A program made the translations under genes and the position numbers. From Diplonema japonicum (lineage: Eukaryota > Protista > Euglenozoa: Diplonemea), in contig OZ025700.1 of assembly GCA_964019335.1 (NCBI GenBank), forward strand, positions 1 through 64,000: a stretch of 64,000 bases of DNA, given 5' to 3'. The notes below the pieces were generated by a model. The model searched no databases. It was given only the letters and a program-made list of their open reading frames with translations, and was not told where the DNA came from. Shown here one piece after another: positions 7,668 to 20,627 of the stretch. Position 1 is the first letter of the stretch, and each line of letters opens with the position of its first letter.

Positions 7668-10637
7668 TTACTCACGATCCACGCAGTTCCAGTTGAACTT
7701 GAAACCGTACGGGCTACCCTGACCGTCTCCGTCACGGGAGCTCTCGAACCTAAGTGAAAAGATGGGAGAATGTTGCAAAAGCATACCTGATGTAGGCAAC
7801 CTGCTCCTGGAAGTCAGTTGTGTTCACGGTCCTGCCTGTGAAGTCTGTTCCGCCACGCGACACACGGATACCAGGCTCAGTGGCGAAGGTCAGGTACTCC
7901 GCGTGCCAGGCAAGGCTGAACCCGAGCCACTCGTACACGGCGTACTGTCCCACTGGGCACTCGACCTTCCAGCAGTAGGTGCTGACGCTGTAGTGCTCGA
8001 TGTAGTTGGAGGTGGTAGGGATGCACGGTGCGGGTGTTGCAGGCGGGGCACACTCGCATCCGGTGCAGTCGCATCCGAACCAGCTTGTAAGGGTCTCACA
8101 GTTGTAGTTGTCAAAGGAGGCCCTGATGGTCCAGTCACATGTCGACCCGAAGCATCCAGACAGCGAGCACTGCGGGTTCGGGTTCGGGGTCAGTGCAGGG
8201 AACGGGATCGGGACAGGGAGTTCAGTCACAGGCGGGGTGTAGTAGTCGTCACAGCTCCAATCGAAGGAGAACCCTCCTGCGGTCACACTCGCGTCAGAGA
8301 TAAACTTCACGATGGCGAACTTTCTAAAGTACATGGCCTCCGGTAGCTCAGAGAAGTTGCCCGACGAGTAGTTTCCGGTGAGCACCCTCTTGTAGTCGCC
8401 TCTGTCGGTCATCCTGATCATGTCGAAGTCCTGCTCGGTGTCTACAAACTTAGGCTGAATCTTGACCCACCTCCTGCACCTCAGCATCCAGCAAAGTTCA
8501 GTACCGTGCGGGTATCCGCCGGTGGGCATGTAGGATATGGTCCCTTCCCTCTGGCGGTACCTGTTGGAGCGCATGAGCATGTTTTGGCAGTTGTCAGAGG
8601 AGCCCCCGAAGTGGGTGTGTGCCAGAGGGAACAGCGTCACAGGATCCCTCACCACTGGCTGCGAGACCTCGGGCTCTTTGCAAGTGTACGAGAAGTTGAG
8701 CGGGATATCGCCTTCAAGCCTTTGGTTCACGAAGGAGATGAAAACGTCACCGTGGAGCTTACGGTCACTCTCGATGTACCCATAGTTGCTCATCTGCACC
8801 TTCGACTTCACCTCAGTGACGTTGATGTACAGCCTGTGGTTGTCATAAAATAAACAACAAAATACATACCTGTAGTATTGGGCGTTGGCAGTGATCCACT
8901 TCACATCCACCTGCACGATACCCTTGCACTTGATCGACCAGCACGCGCTGTTAGTGGTCTCTGATCCGTTGCCGAGGGACAGGTAGTAGCCGCTGCCAGA
9001 CGGACCGGTGAGTGTCTCGGTGTGGGTTCCTTCGGGGCACAACACGCGGTCAACCACCTCAGGCACGTCCTGGTAGGAAACGACGCTCCCATCGCAGGGG
9101 ATGCGCAAGACGAGGTTCTGGTCGAACTGCCTCAGGGGTGACAAGAGGTTTCTGTGAGCAGTCTCGACGAGGTAGGCCCTGACGGAGGCGGGGGTGGCCT
9201 GCGGGCGGTCAGTCAGGTATGCGGCGGCAGCCGCGGACACGTGAGGTGCGGCCATCGAGGTACCGCTCCTGTTGCGGTAGGCGCTTGTGTTCGCAATGTC
9301 AGCGGACCACACCTGGAACCCAGGGGCGTACAAAGTAACACACTTTCCGTAGCTAGACCACTGGGGGTTGTAGTTCACGTCGTGGAGCCCCACAGTGATG
9401 GAGCCTGATGCACCAGACGGCGAGTACTCGCATGAAGGCTCGTCTCCGTTTCCTGCAGCGGAAACAATGACGACACCAGCGCGTGCTGCGGCGTTCACGG
9501 CCTCGTTCAGAAGAGTAGACCCAAAGAACTGGATGGACATGTTGATGATACTGGGCCTGCCTCTGGCCTTCCTCGACTCTACGACGAACTGGATTGCCTC
9601 GGCAACGGACTGCTTGTTCGTGTTTCCGTCACGAGCAATTCTCACGGCCACGACGGTTGCGGACTTGGCCACACCGTTGTACTTTCCTGCAATTGTGGCG
9701 GCGATGTGGGTTCCGTGGCCAGTGTCGTCTTCGTTCAGGTTGTCGACAAGGTTGGCACCCCACATGCACTTGTCCTGCTGGAACTCCTCGTGATCGCACT
9801 TGATACCTGAAACAAGAATTTGAGAAAGATCTAAAAAGACTTCATACCGGTATCAAGGATGTACACATCAACTCCAAGACCCCACCTGGCGTCGTGCACG
9901 TAGGTGTCCCTGTCAGGGTTCTTGGGGTCCTGCGTCATGGCGGACAGGTGCCAGGTGAGGTTGTCGGTCTGGGTGTCAGGGCACTCAAGGGTGACCTCAT
10001 TGACGGGGATGCTCAAAGCAGCCTCGGCCTCTTTGGCGGTCACGTGGCCCCACCTGTAAGTCTGGATAAGCTTAGCCTGCTCCTCCGTTAACAGGAACTT
10101 TCCAGTGTACACGCCCTTCTCCGAGTCGTACCAGAAATCAGCAGGCCATGTGATACCACGGCGGAGAACCCAGTACTGGAAGTGTCTCGAGCAACCAGGC
10201 CAGTGCGAGGACAGGGTCACCCAGTACTCAGTCGCCAGGTCATCATTGCCCCAATCGCTCTCGTCGCTGCTGTCGCTGTCGCTGCTGCTGTCGCTGTCGC
10301 TGCTGCTGTCGCTGTCGCTGCTGCTGTCGCTGTCACTGCTGTCGCTGCTCTGGATCTTCCCCTCGTCGTTGGTCTCGAAGTAGTCGAGGAAAGGGTGCTG
10401 CTTTGCCTCTTCCAACTGCTTGTCGGTCAACTTCAGCGCAACAGCCTTGAAGTCATCGATCACGATCACGCCAGTGGACTTCGGTCCTGGGTTGATGGTC
10501 CCCTTCTGAAGGGCCCACATCTTCATAGATTGAAGGTCTTCGTCTGTGCATTCCTTCTTCAAGACGGCCAAGTAAGACGTCTGAGCCTGCACATCAAGTG
10601 CAAAGAAGCATGCTCCCAAGAGGAACAAGGTCCTCAT
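7668..10637 (-). CDS. Secreted subtilisin-like S8 serine protease with I9-like prodomain, Ser/Asp repeat and C-terminal CUB-like domains
   Basis: Signal peptide plus triad motifs ILDTG, GHGTHIA and SGTSMAAPHV, and oxyanion AAGN. CUB-like segment FVDTEQDFD...FISDASVTAGGF. GT-AG introns at 9807-9847 (41 nt), 8834-8869 (36 nt) and 7750-7786 (37 nt); spliced end ..FKFNWNCVDRE*. Confidence 0.92.
10258..10350 (-). repeat. Coding 18-nt microsatellite encoding (SSSDSD)n
   Basis: Repeated GCTGCTGTCGCTGTCGCT. Confidence 0.9.
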
Positions 10638-11109
10638 TGTTGCGTTTGAGGTAGAAAAAAGGGTTTATCTGTATGATGTGTGTTGTGGAGTGTTATACAA
10701 CAGCGAAACAAGGGGGGAAAAAAAGAGGCTTCTAGACATTGGACGTTTTGAAAATCGTTGCCCTTGAACACGATTGCCTTTAAAAAAATGATTTTTGCTA
10801 TGATTTTCGGACAACAAAGAAAGTGAAGTTCGATTTCTACAAGAATGCCTCACGTTTCTGACTTGAGAAGCTCAGCCTTCTGGCAAAAAGTCGTGTTCAA
10901 TGGGTTCAACAGTTATTTGTGAAAAATGTCGGACAATGATCTTAAGGTACAGATACATTCGTTCTTTTCATTTTGCTTTCTACAAAGAAAACGATTCATC
11001 ACATTAACTACATCTCTTTCAAGTACTTGCCAGTCTCAGAAATGCAAGCCTCCCGTTCGGACGTAGGCCTGGTAGAAGGTAGGGTAGATCAGACTCCGAA
11101 CGCGTCTCA

Positions 11110-12560
11110 TCAATCTTTGCTGCTGTCCTTGTTCAAAAGCTGTGTTAAATAGTTGCTCAGATCGTCACCTGTACTTTCTTCATTGAGGTGGTCTGGTGAG
11201 GAACTGTTAGAGGGCGTCGTTGTGGTGTTTTGATCAGCAGCCTTCCATAACGGCGACATTGACCAAAGACTCGCATTCTTGGGCAAGTGAATGGGCATCG
11301 TTGTGTTGATGTCCCTCGGTTTGTGGATCAGTGAATGTCCGGAGTCAACAGTCTCAGCTGGGGCTCTGCTCTGTACTGCAGCCATCACTTCGTCCCACGT
11401 CTCACTTTGGGGGACCTTCTGTTCCCGCCGCTGTGCGTCAAGCTTCAATGCCCGACCTACCTCTAGGCCCCTATTTGGCGAACCTGTGACAATCAAAGTG
11501 TAACATGACCATACCAAGCGCAAGTGTTAATAAAGCCGCAAAGACATCAGTCGACTTCCGCACTTTGTTTCCTACCTTCGTTGCTGTTTCATAGTAGCAT
11601 TTTTTGCTAACGTTCTGTAATTCAATCAAATTAACTAACCTCTCTCTCACTGACGCGTAGTTGTAGACCAGGTTGGGGTAGGCTAGCCACGTATCTTCAG
11701 CAACCTTGTGCTTCCCTACAAGGCGATACGCCCGACAAAGCTCTGTGACAGTGTCTTAATATTAAACATAGAATACCGTTCACGTGGCGTGCGTCGAGTG
11801 GGTCGCCAACCATTTCTTCCACTTTCAGGAAATATTTCAGTGTGTTGTCAACATCTCTTAACTGTGCTGCCGCGTACATGCAACCAAGGAACAGTTCCTG
11901 CGACTTGTGTGCATGAGAATATTAACCATACTGCTGTAGACACAACACTATGCGTGCTGGCGATAGCCAACCACTCTTCAATTTCCTCCACATTGTCACT
12001 CGTTTTAACTGCGATAGTGAAGTGAAACACATCTAAGATCAAGCCTTTTGACTGTGCGTCATCCATGCTGAGGTATTTTATCGTCATGGATGAAGCGCAT
12101 ACCAAGCTCTCACATCTTGCGTCACGCTACAGGCTGTGGTTTCTTTCTTATGGAAAAGCATTCGAAGAGTTGCTTGCAGTTCTAGAGTGGTCGTCGGGTG
12201 ACTCTCTGCGCGCTTCTTCTCGAGAAGTATCCGGAACCGCTGCTCGTCGACCACATACTTCGAAAGCAGCGTATCGTAACATGTTACGTCCGGCTTCACA
12301 GCACACTGCTTCATCATCGCAAAGAGCTCGCCTGCAGCATCTGCGGCAACTCTCCCTGAGCCCATGACGTGCATAGCCGATGAGAAGGTCAAAACGCCCA
12401 CAGGAATACCTTTATTCACCAATTCTTTAACAATCCACTTTACCTCTTTTCGCACTGTAGGCTTGCTGAGCGAGGATAACTTGTAGTTCATAGCTATCAA
12501 CCTCGATGCCCTTCCATCAGCGGGGTTCAGGAAGGAAGTCATAATTCTGCGTGGTATCAC
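11110..12560 (-). CDS. Pentatricopeptide-repeat (PPR)-like protein, 4 micro-introns (start uncertain)
   Basis: PPR-like ELFAMMKQCAVKPDVTCYDTLL and GLILDVFHFTIAV. The ORF pieces join through GT..AG introns of 35, 34, 34 and 31 nt. Confidence 0.65.
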
Positions 12561-12645
12561 TACGAATGATCAAAGAGACTAATGACAACTTGAACTCATC
12601 AACTGAAAAATGTGTTCTGAAGAACCACAGAGCACACATCTACAT

Positions 12646-13522
12646 TTATCTAGATAACAGATTTGCGGTGGAGCCATGTCTCAGCACATGCTTTCTTCGA
12701 AGCAGCTCAACTGCAGTGAGGGGTGTGGATGTACGAGACTCTGCGGGTGGAGCAAACGAATCTTGAATGAAGCAGGGCGCACAAGCACGCTGCTCGCTGA
12801 CTCCTCTCGCAGACGAGGTCTGTACAATGGATTTTGACGGCTCGTGGGTGTCGGTGGAGTAAGTGTCGGCAGAGTAGCAGGGATCGTGTTCTATTGCAAG
12901 GGTCGTGTAACTCGGAGGTGCTTCTTGTGCCTGTGGGCGGTGCGCCTTATCGAGCAAGGCGGAGGTGAGGAGTTGCCGAAGTTCACTTACTTCACTTTTG
13001 AGAGAAGCTAATTCCTGCTCCATTAGAGGCGCCGGTGATGGTTCTTGTTCCGGGGGGACAGGAGCGGGAGGAGGGACAGGAGCAGCAGCAAGTGGGACTG
13101 GTGCAGCAGACAAATCAGCTGCGACAGTAACAGCACGGGGCGGGGAGAGGTGTCTATCAGCAAGTAAAGAATTCCGCGAGATAGTGCTGTTTGCAGGTGT
13201 ATCATAAGTGTCACGCGCATACAGAGGTGTTTGAGGTGTCTTCACTTTGCGTGCTCGCCACTTCTGGGAGAGATCGGCTCTTGCTGTAGCCTGCGGCGGC
13301 TGGGGTACGTGGGTTAGTGCATGGGGCCTTTCGGAGCTGGGGGGAGGGGGAGTGGCGCCCTGTAAGTATGGATAATGATGAAAATCATACTTTCACGGAA
13401 TTTGAGATTTTCGGTTTACAAGCAAACCTCGAAACATTCTGTCCGACAGTGTAGTCCGCCTCCCACGTGTCAGTGGGGAACGAGGTGGGGCTGAGCATGC
13501 CCCCATGTTTCTTCTTATGCAT
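12646..13522 (-). CDS. Hypothetical Pro-rich protein with short coiled coil, 2 micro-introns
   Basis: MHKKK... exon joins through a 31-nt intron to GATPPPP..., followed by a 36-nt in-frame intron. Confidence 0.55.
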
Positions 13523-13637
13523 ATCCCTGTACTGGTTAAGATGAACGATGAAAAAAGAAGCGCTTCGTAGCTCTAAATACCGAATCAATTAAGAACAAAA
13601 TAAAGGTATGAAACCACTGAGAAACCAAAGATGCGTA

Positions 13638-15033
13638 TTAACAGTTAAATGGACAGGTCGGTCCTGTTCTCATGAGACAAGTGCCACACAAAGGCTTTTT
13701 GCAACAAGTAGTCTCCCTATAGTCTCGTGTGCTGTTCTCACATAGCACGCATTCGAACCATGCATGCTTCGGCTGTACGCGTGGAGCCTCCACCAGTTCT
13801 TCCGTCTCTTCCGTGTCCTCTGTTTCTTCATCTGCTTCGACTAGCCTCTTAGCATGATTCAGTGCATTGAGGAGCTCTGCAGAAGGTGTTTCACTCAACT
13901 TGTAAGATGTGTTGAAGGCCCACAAAGCTTCCATCGGCTGCTGCAGTTGCAGCAGTGCGCAACCCTTTCTGTAATGCCCCTTTGCCCACTCAGGTTCCAA
14001 CTCCACAGCTTTCTTGCCGTCTGCGAGAGCTAATTCAAACTTCTCAAGCGTCCTGTTGTGTTGTGTTCTTCGTCGCGACAATTCCTACATACATGTAAGC
14101 AGCGGAGCGATTCGTGTAAAACACCGCTTCGCGTGACAACTTTAGCGCCTGGAGAGTTTCGAATATTATGTGTTTCCAAATGCATACCAGTGTGTACCAT
14201 TTCACAGCCCCCTTAGCATCGCCTTCTCTGTATGCCAAGTTTCCTTTTTCTTTTGCTTCCCTTGCAGCTTCTTTCGCATCTTCATCGGCTTCGCTGTCGC
14301 TGTCCTCTTCATTTACGGTCGTATTCACACAGGATGCCTTCACGGCTGGCTCTGGGAGAGAAGCAAGCAATTCTTGGACACATGCCACCTTGCAAGTGAT
14401 TATTAGTTGCCAGGAAAAAACCATTCATACCAACTCTGACTTCTCAGAGATACCAACTGTGGACACCCGAGCTAGGCGCAAAGCTTCTTTCATGTCGGCG
14501 ACCGACCAAGAGCTCGACGGCGTGCCTCGAAGTGCAGCCTCTATCTTGTAGCCACGTATTAAACTTGCCATGTGCTGTGCATCGGGGGGGAGCACATCCT
14601 GCGGCACATCACCGCAGCAGTCAACCAACGTTGTGTTGCAGCCTGCCTGTAACAAGACCTTCACTGCCGCTGGACTGTTGTTTGAGCACGCGGAGTGCAA
14701 CGCAGTCGACCCTCCGTTGTTCTGCGTGTCGATGCCAGCCCCTTTCTCCAGCAGCCAAATCAAAACGCGCTCATGGTCGCAAGCCGCTGCCCAGTGCAGC
14801 GCAGTGGAACCTATGAACCCGTATGTGGTCCCTACGCCGTGATAGTGCAGTAGTGAGGGGCATATTTGTAACTGTGTTGCGTTGTGTGTTGCAACATAAC
14901 ATACCAAGTCTTTCAGCGTCACCAAGTCACTGCTGCGTACAGCCTCGAACCACCTCTTGCCCACCTCACGGTCGACGCCGCTCTTGTCTTTTGCTGCAAA
15001 TCTCGCTAAGGCACTGTCATCATCGAATTCCAT
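13638..15033 (-). CDS. Ankyrin-repeat, TPR and C-terminal RING-like Zn-finger protein, 4 micro-introns
   Basis: Ankyrin GSTALHWAA and GSTALHSAC; TPR KEKGNLAY..FYTNRSAAY..WAKGHYRKG; Zn finger CVLC..CCKKPLCGTC..CP. Introns of 33, 42, 39 and 40 nt. Confidence 0.85.
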
Positions 15034-15091
15034 CCAACTTAGCCCCCCTGTGCCTATATGTATGGATCACGACGAGTAAGGCTGCGTATAA

Positions 15092-16593
15092 TTAACACAA
15101 CTTATTTAGTAACAGATCGGCAAAGGTGGTCATTACAACAGACTGCAGTGCATAACGGCTTGACCAACGCATACCTTGTCGTAGTGTGCCCCATCTTTGG
15201 ATAGCCGTAGCTGCGGGAGGGACATGTCGAAAAAGTCGAGCAAAGCAACGTTTGGGCATCGTCGCAACACGCTGGCTGCAATCTGGTTGAAGATCCCTAT
15301 CCGCGGATTTGTCACACGGAACTTCTGCACCGATGCAGGCTTGCCTTTAGGCCAAGCCGGGGATCCAAACCACACAGTGGGTGTCGTACGGTTGCACAGA
15401 ACATCTGCCACTTTGTTCATGTGAGTGTAAATGTCACTATACAGCCACTGCCCCCATGAGGCAGGGTGTGCACCAAAACCAACTACAAGAAGTGATGCAC
15501 TCTTCATAAGTGTAAGGTTACCAAGATACGGATCTAGTTTGTATCCTAGTGTAACATTGTTGCTGTAATCAACACCCGCGCTGATCTTCTCCCTAAGAAC
15601 CTCGTAAGACAGTTCAACACCCTGCAGCCGTTGCTTGATGGCGTGATAGATGCTGCGGGCTTGCGAATCGCCTAGTACAAGAATGTCAGTTGTTTTGATT
15701 TTTGCGAAGCATTTATGTGCTTCACTGCTATTCAGAGATGTTATGTCACCAACATACGGCCTCCACTGCCATTCAGCACCCTTGAGCTTTATACCCTTTG
15801 CATTAAAATTCTCCCTTTTTACCCACCTACCAAGCGGTGTCAGCAAACCTGTATGGATCACCGGTTTTTTGCATGTAAAAGCCGGAATCCATGCAACATC
15901 CTTGTTCTTCCAGTGCGGTGTGTTGTGAGTCACTTCGTCCGTTCCCCACCAATCCTCTAGTATGACCTTCGATCTCACAGAGTACACCCCCTCCAACGTT
16001 GCCCTTGCGTACACCTCCGTCATACAGTTCCCCTTGTACCTACAGCGGTTAAGCAGTAATAAATACATACTCCTGAGTTCCAAGCAGCAGTTCGGGGCCA
16101 GTAAGCAATAGACGGTAGTGCTCGGGACCAGTACGCTGTAGCCACTTATCCCAGTGTGGCAGTGGTGACAGCTTCCTCGTTGTACATCCCTTTCTGTGTA
16201 TACGAACTACAACCTTGCAGTTGAGCTCGTCAAAGCAGTACTGTGCCGAGTACCCCTGTAATGTCTTTCAGGTGAAAGTACGGATACCTGTAGCAAGCTT
16301 GGGATGGCTTTGCAGCTGACGTTAGCAGTTGGCACCCATTCATAAGGGAAATAGTAAGTTGACGGCAGCAAAGGGAAGAGAACGGGAACAGGAGGGAGCC
16401 ACGAATCTTGTTGTTCGGTATGCGAGACTCGGTTTACGGTCAGTGGAGTGAAGTGCTGAGGTACTAACACGTGAGGCGAATACTGTTGAAGCACGACGAA
16501 GGGCTCTCTATCGAGGAGAGATAAGTTGAGAAAGGTAGCACACAGCAAAACAGCGAGAAACACGCTTATGACCCAGATTATTCGGTTTCGCAT
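15092..16593 (-). CDS. Signal-anchored SGNH/GDSL-like (NXPE/PC-esterase-like) protein, 3 micro-introns
   Basis: N-terminal TM segment; LGDSQAR nucleophile motif and DGAHY (DxxH); spliced end LLLNKLC*. Confidence 0.7.
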
Positions 16594-16763
16594 GGGCAAC
16601 GACCTGGAGAGGTAAGCACTGTAGCAAGTGTATTTAAAGATACGAATGAATAAGCAAGGTTGTAAACTGGAAGGGAGCCGCGACAACTGCGGCAGCACAC
16701 CACGCGTGGAATATGAAAACAAGACACGGCTACTAGTTGAAGCTGTCAAAAAAGTTGAAAATG

Positions 16764-18608
16764 TCAGTCGTTTGCATACCAGCAGCAGATCCTTCTGCGA
16801 ATACTCGGATGGTAAATAAGAACAAACAATACGAAAACGGCAAACAAGGTTCCACCAAAAGAGAAATACACTTCAACCATGTTTTCGGGCTTGACGGCTG
16901 GAGAAATTATCATTCCGATCACGCTGCTGACGGCGTTCGTGAGCAAAAACATCGACATCACAACACTCTTCATCGACTTGGGAGCTATTGTGTATGCGAA
17001 CTCAAGACCGCCAACGGAAGAAAAAATCTCGCTCATTCCGAATATGACATAAGGTGGGAGCTGGTACCAGATGGGGATGTCACTCAGCTTGTCGCCTCCA
17101 TTAGCCCCAGATTGCTTGTACTGTGTGGCATGTAGAAGTGTAGTGCAGCATACCGCTTCGTTATTTTGAATGAAGTGCTCCAAAACAGCAACGTACGTGA
17201 TACTCAAAGATCCAAGGAAGAACCCGATAGGTATCCTTGTGAGCAGGCTGGGGTCGTAGTTGAAACGCTTGAGTGTCGGAAAGACAAATTTATCAAAGAT
17301 GGGGATCATGATGATGAGGGACGCAGAGCCCACAACATTTAGGGACTCCGCAGGTACCCAGTCGGGGCGTTTAAGGAGATCGGCCTGCTCAACCAAGTTC
17401 GAGAACAGCTGGTTGTAGCACAGCCAGTATAAGGGGTAGAAATAGAATACTCTGCACGCTTTTAAACACGCTTTGAAGTCTTTCGCAACAGACTCATACT
17501 CGGAATTATCGGCCCAATCTAGCCAATGTTCCTTGGGGACATATTTCCCACAAGCAATCGCACCCTTCTTAGCCTTTCGTGCGTGTATCGCAGAACGGTA
17601 GCATTCTGTGAACAAGCTTCCCTTCGGGGGGTTCTCGATGTACAAGCCCTTCACATGCCCCGTTGCAAAGATAAGGATGCCCAGCATAAAGGCGACCATC
17701 GGCAACCCAAAAGACGCCCAGTACCCAGTGCCGTCTGTGTCACCGTCACCGATGTCCTTCTTCTCGCCTATCTCGTTGTGCAGCACAGGTGTCGCTAAGA
17801 TTCCTATGAAAGCACCTAGGTTAATAGCCCAGTAGAACCACCTGAACACAGCAGAATATACGCTGGGTGAAGCGTCCCTAATCTGATCTGCCATCAGCGT
17901 GGACACGTTGGACTGCATGTGGTTGATAATGTGCAGACGACATACCTTTATACCACCTGTACCGAGACCCAAGAAGAAGATCGCACTTGTGAAGCCTGGA
18001 ACAGCAAACCCATCGCTTGGATCATGTGGGAAGTTGTTCCATGTCAAAGGCAGCGCCGACAGGAACAACAGCACTAGACCGATCAAGGAGGACGTGCTGA
18101 AAATGTACAACGCTTTTACCTTTCCTGTGTACGTGTCTGCTACGAACCCACCAATGAGGGTAGACCCATAGGCCCAGAAGTTAAAGGCGTTGTACACAGC
18201 ATTCTGTGTGCTCTGGTTCCAACCCAGCATATGCTTCATGTAAGGGTAGAAGACAATAGTTGCACCGTAAAATGAAAGACGCTCGCAGAATTCGACAACT
18301 GGGTGTAGGTGTTTCCTCTCTTTAAACGAGTAAACCATACCAAGGATATACCAAGCACTCGGCGGCCATATTCCACTCTGCGCACTCCCCTCCTTCTTTA
18401 TGAGACCCATTTCTTCGTCCGTTTCTGTCTTCACAGGGCTCAAAGGTGCAACGAGACTACCTCTTGCAGCAGCATGAAAAGCAACAGTAGTTAGGGGGTT
18501 CCTGTTGGACTCATCGGTGTTATCACCGGCATCATCAGTTTGTTGCTGCTCAGCAGCAGGAGCAGCAGGGGGCTCGCTTACACTGTCATCAAGTGTAGTG
18601 TAAGTCAT
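16764..18608 (-). CDS. POT/PTR family proton-dependent oligopeptide transporter
   Basis: EFCERLSFYG, GGFVADTYTG, GLGTGGIK, FYWAINLGAF, GLEFAYTIAPKSMKS. Three in-frame introns (42, 33, 33 nt). Confidence 0.93.
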   Translation of the reverse strand: MTYTTLDDSVSEPPAAPAAEQQQTDDAGDNTDESNRNPLTTVAFHAAARGSLVAPLSPVKTETDEEMGLIKKEGSAQSGIWPPSAWYILGMVYSFKERKHLHPVVEFCERLSFYGATIVFYPYMKHMLGWNQSTQNAVYNAFNFWAYGSTLIGGFVADTYTGKVKALYIFSTSSLIGLVLLFLSALPLTWNNFPHDPSDGFAVPGFTSAIFFLGLGTGGIKVCRLHIINHMQSNVSTLMADQIRDASPSVYSAVFRWFYWAINLGAFIGILATPVLHNEIGEKKDIGDGDTDGTGYWASFGLPMVAFMLGILIFATGHVKGLYIENPPKGSLFTECYRSAIHARKAKKGAIACGKYVPKEHWLDWADNSEYESVAKDFKACLKACRVFYFYPLYWLCYNQLFSNLVEQADLLKRPDWVPAESLNVVGSASLIIMIPIFDKFVFPTLKRFNYDPSLLTRIPIGFFLGSLSITYVAVLEHFIQNNEAVCCTTLLHATQYKQSGANGGDKLSDIPIWYQLPPYVIFGMSEIFSSVGGLEFAYTIAPKSMKSVVMSMFLLTNAVSSVIGMIISPAVKPENMVEVYFSFGGTLFAVFVLFVLIYHPSIRRRICCWYAND

Positions 18609-18903
18609 CCCTGTTGTAAGTTTGACCAAGAATGCTGCTTAATATATAATGGGCATGGCTTACACCCGTCACCCACAGGGAGAGGGGAGGAAGGGAGGGA
18701 AGGAGCAGCTTACCTGTGAGGCAAAAGCAAGTTGGGCGTTACAACCCTATTGTTTTGAACTGCAGCACGCGTTGGGGGTTACATGTGTAGGAGCTGGGGC
18801 CAAGCACTTGTGTGCTGTAGCGCCATAATGCCTGGCCGCCAGAAAATTAAGACAAGAGGTGATACTACAAAACGTTCAGCCTGAACTATCATGGTTATTA
18901 GTT

Positions 18904-20535
18904 TTACAACTTTGCGGCCTTCTTTCTCCTCCACGCCTCTGGAGAACCTCTAGTCTTCCATGTGTGGATAGCCTGTAAATGTAAAAAAGAAAAAAATAAA
19001 GCTGTACCTTCGGCTTATCGTGTCCAGTGAGCTGTCGAGGCATCCCTGTTGCTTCCACTGCACGTTGCCAGATTGAAGAGTGAACGTTAACCTGAGATGG
19101 TGATGGTGATAATTGTGCATACTGCCCGCCTTCCGCTAGCGATGAGCTTCATCGGGACCATGACCATGTAGTCGTGCACCGAACCTACACAGACTCCGCT
19201 AAATCCCCTCATTGCTGCATGAACAGCCTCGTGAGCCATGCGTGCGCAGTAGCTGTGGTGTGTTGTCATAGATATAAAAGCTGCATACATGTTGTCATTC
19301 GGTGTTGCCGGAATGGACCTGATCATGTACGACGGATCGATAAAAAAGCAGCGCCCGCCCACCGTCTTTGTCAAATGGTCGTTGATTCTTTTTTTAATGA
19401 GGTTGCCGATTTCACCGTAGATGATGTGCCCGGTTGCGTCCTTCTGATTCGTGGCGCAGTACCTCTGCCCTGCCCCTTCTGCTACTACAACAACCGCGTG
19501 GCCCTTCCTTCCCAATCTGTATTCAATGTGCTCCAGTAGCCCCCCTGGGCCATCAAACTCAAAGTCTACCTCAGGGATCAGAACGGCATCTGTCAGGTTA
19601 GAGGCCAGAGCAGCGTTTCTCGCAACGAATCCACTGTCTCTGCCCATCAGTTTCACGATGCCGACTCCGTTGAAGCAGCTGGACGCCTCAACAAAAGCGG
19701 AACGGATGGCGGCCACTGATTCATCGACGGCTGTGTGGAATCCAAAGCTACGGTCAAAGAACAAGATGTCCTAAGTGAGGGTGCAATACGAGTGTGAATG
19801 ATGTCATACATTATCGATCGTCTTGGGAATACCGATGATGCTGATCTTTAGGCCCCGCTCCTTGACCACCTGGAAGACAATGTCGGCGGCCCATTGTGTT
19901 CCATCACCACCCACTACGTATAAATGATTGACATTCATGTCAACAAGCGTGTCTACAATGTAATCGGGATCGAAACCACCTCTTCCTGCTCCGAGGATTG
20001 ACCCGCCCTTGGTGTGAATCTCTTCCACAACTGCCGGGGTGAGCACAAGAGGTGGGAATTTCTTTGTGTCGAAACCGTTGTAGCCGTTCCTGAAACCGAT
20101 GATGCTACCAGGTGTGCGCAGACCGTAATTTCCGTACAATCCGATGGTGACGTCACGAATGATGCTGTTCAGACCAGGACACAGACCACCACAGGTTACG
20201 ATCCCTGCTCGAACATCTTTTGGGTCCCACATGATGTTGGTAGTAGGGCCTGCACGTCGCACGCACGTTTCACTTCCTGTGGAGAATGGAGTTGGGTGTC
20301 AAAACATACGCTTCCCACCGCTGACCACTATGTTCGTGATAACTGCATCGTTGGGCTTGTGGAACTTCATCCCTGGGAACTTGATGGCCATTGGATTCTT
20401 CCGCTCTTTCATGGCTGTCCACGATTTTACCTCGTTCTCATCCAAGCAAGTGTCCTGCAAGAAGTCGGCTGCGTGGCAGGGCTGCACCATATCAATACGT
20501 GGTTTGATGGCATCTTGAATCTTCTGCAAATCCAT
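18904..20535 (-). CDS. PFK: ATP-dependent 6-phosphofructokinase (trypanosome-like, PPi-PFK-derived group) with C-terminal PTS1 -AKL
   Basis: IVTCGGLCPG, GGDGT, PKTIDN|D, KLMGRDSG, VVAEGAGQ, IDPSYMIR. Five introns; the last exon ends RRKKAAKL*. Confidence 0.93.
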
Positions 20536-20627
20536 GACGGCTACCTATGTGGAGATGGTAAAAATCAAGAAAGAAGTCATCACAATTACAACTATTAAAA
20601 GGTACAAAGTGGTAGCGCTGTAAAGTA

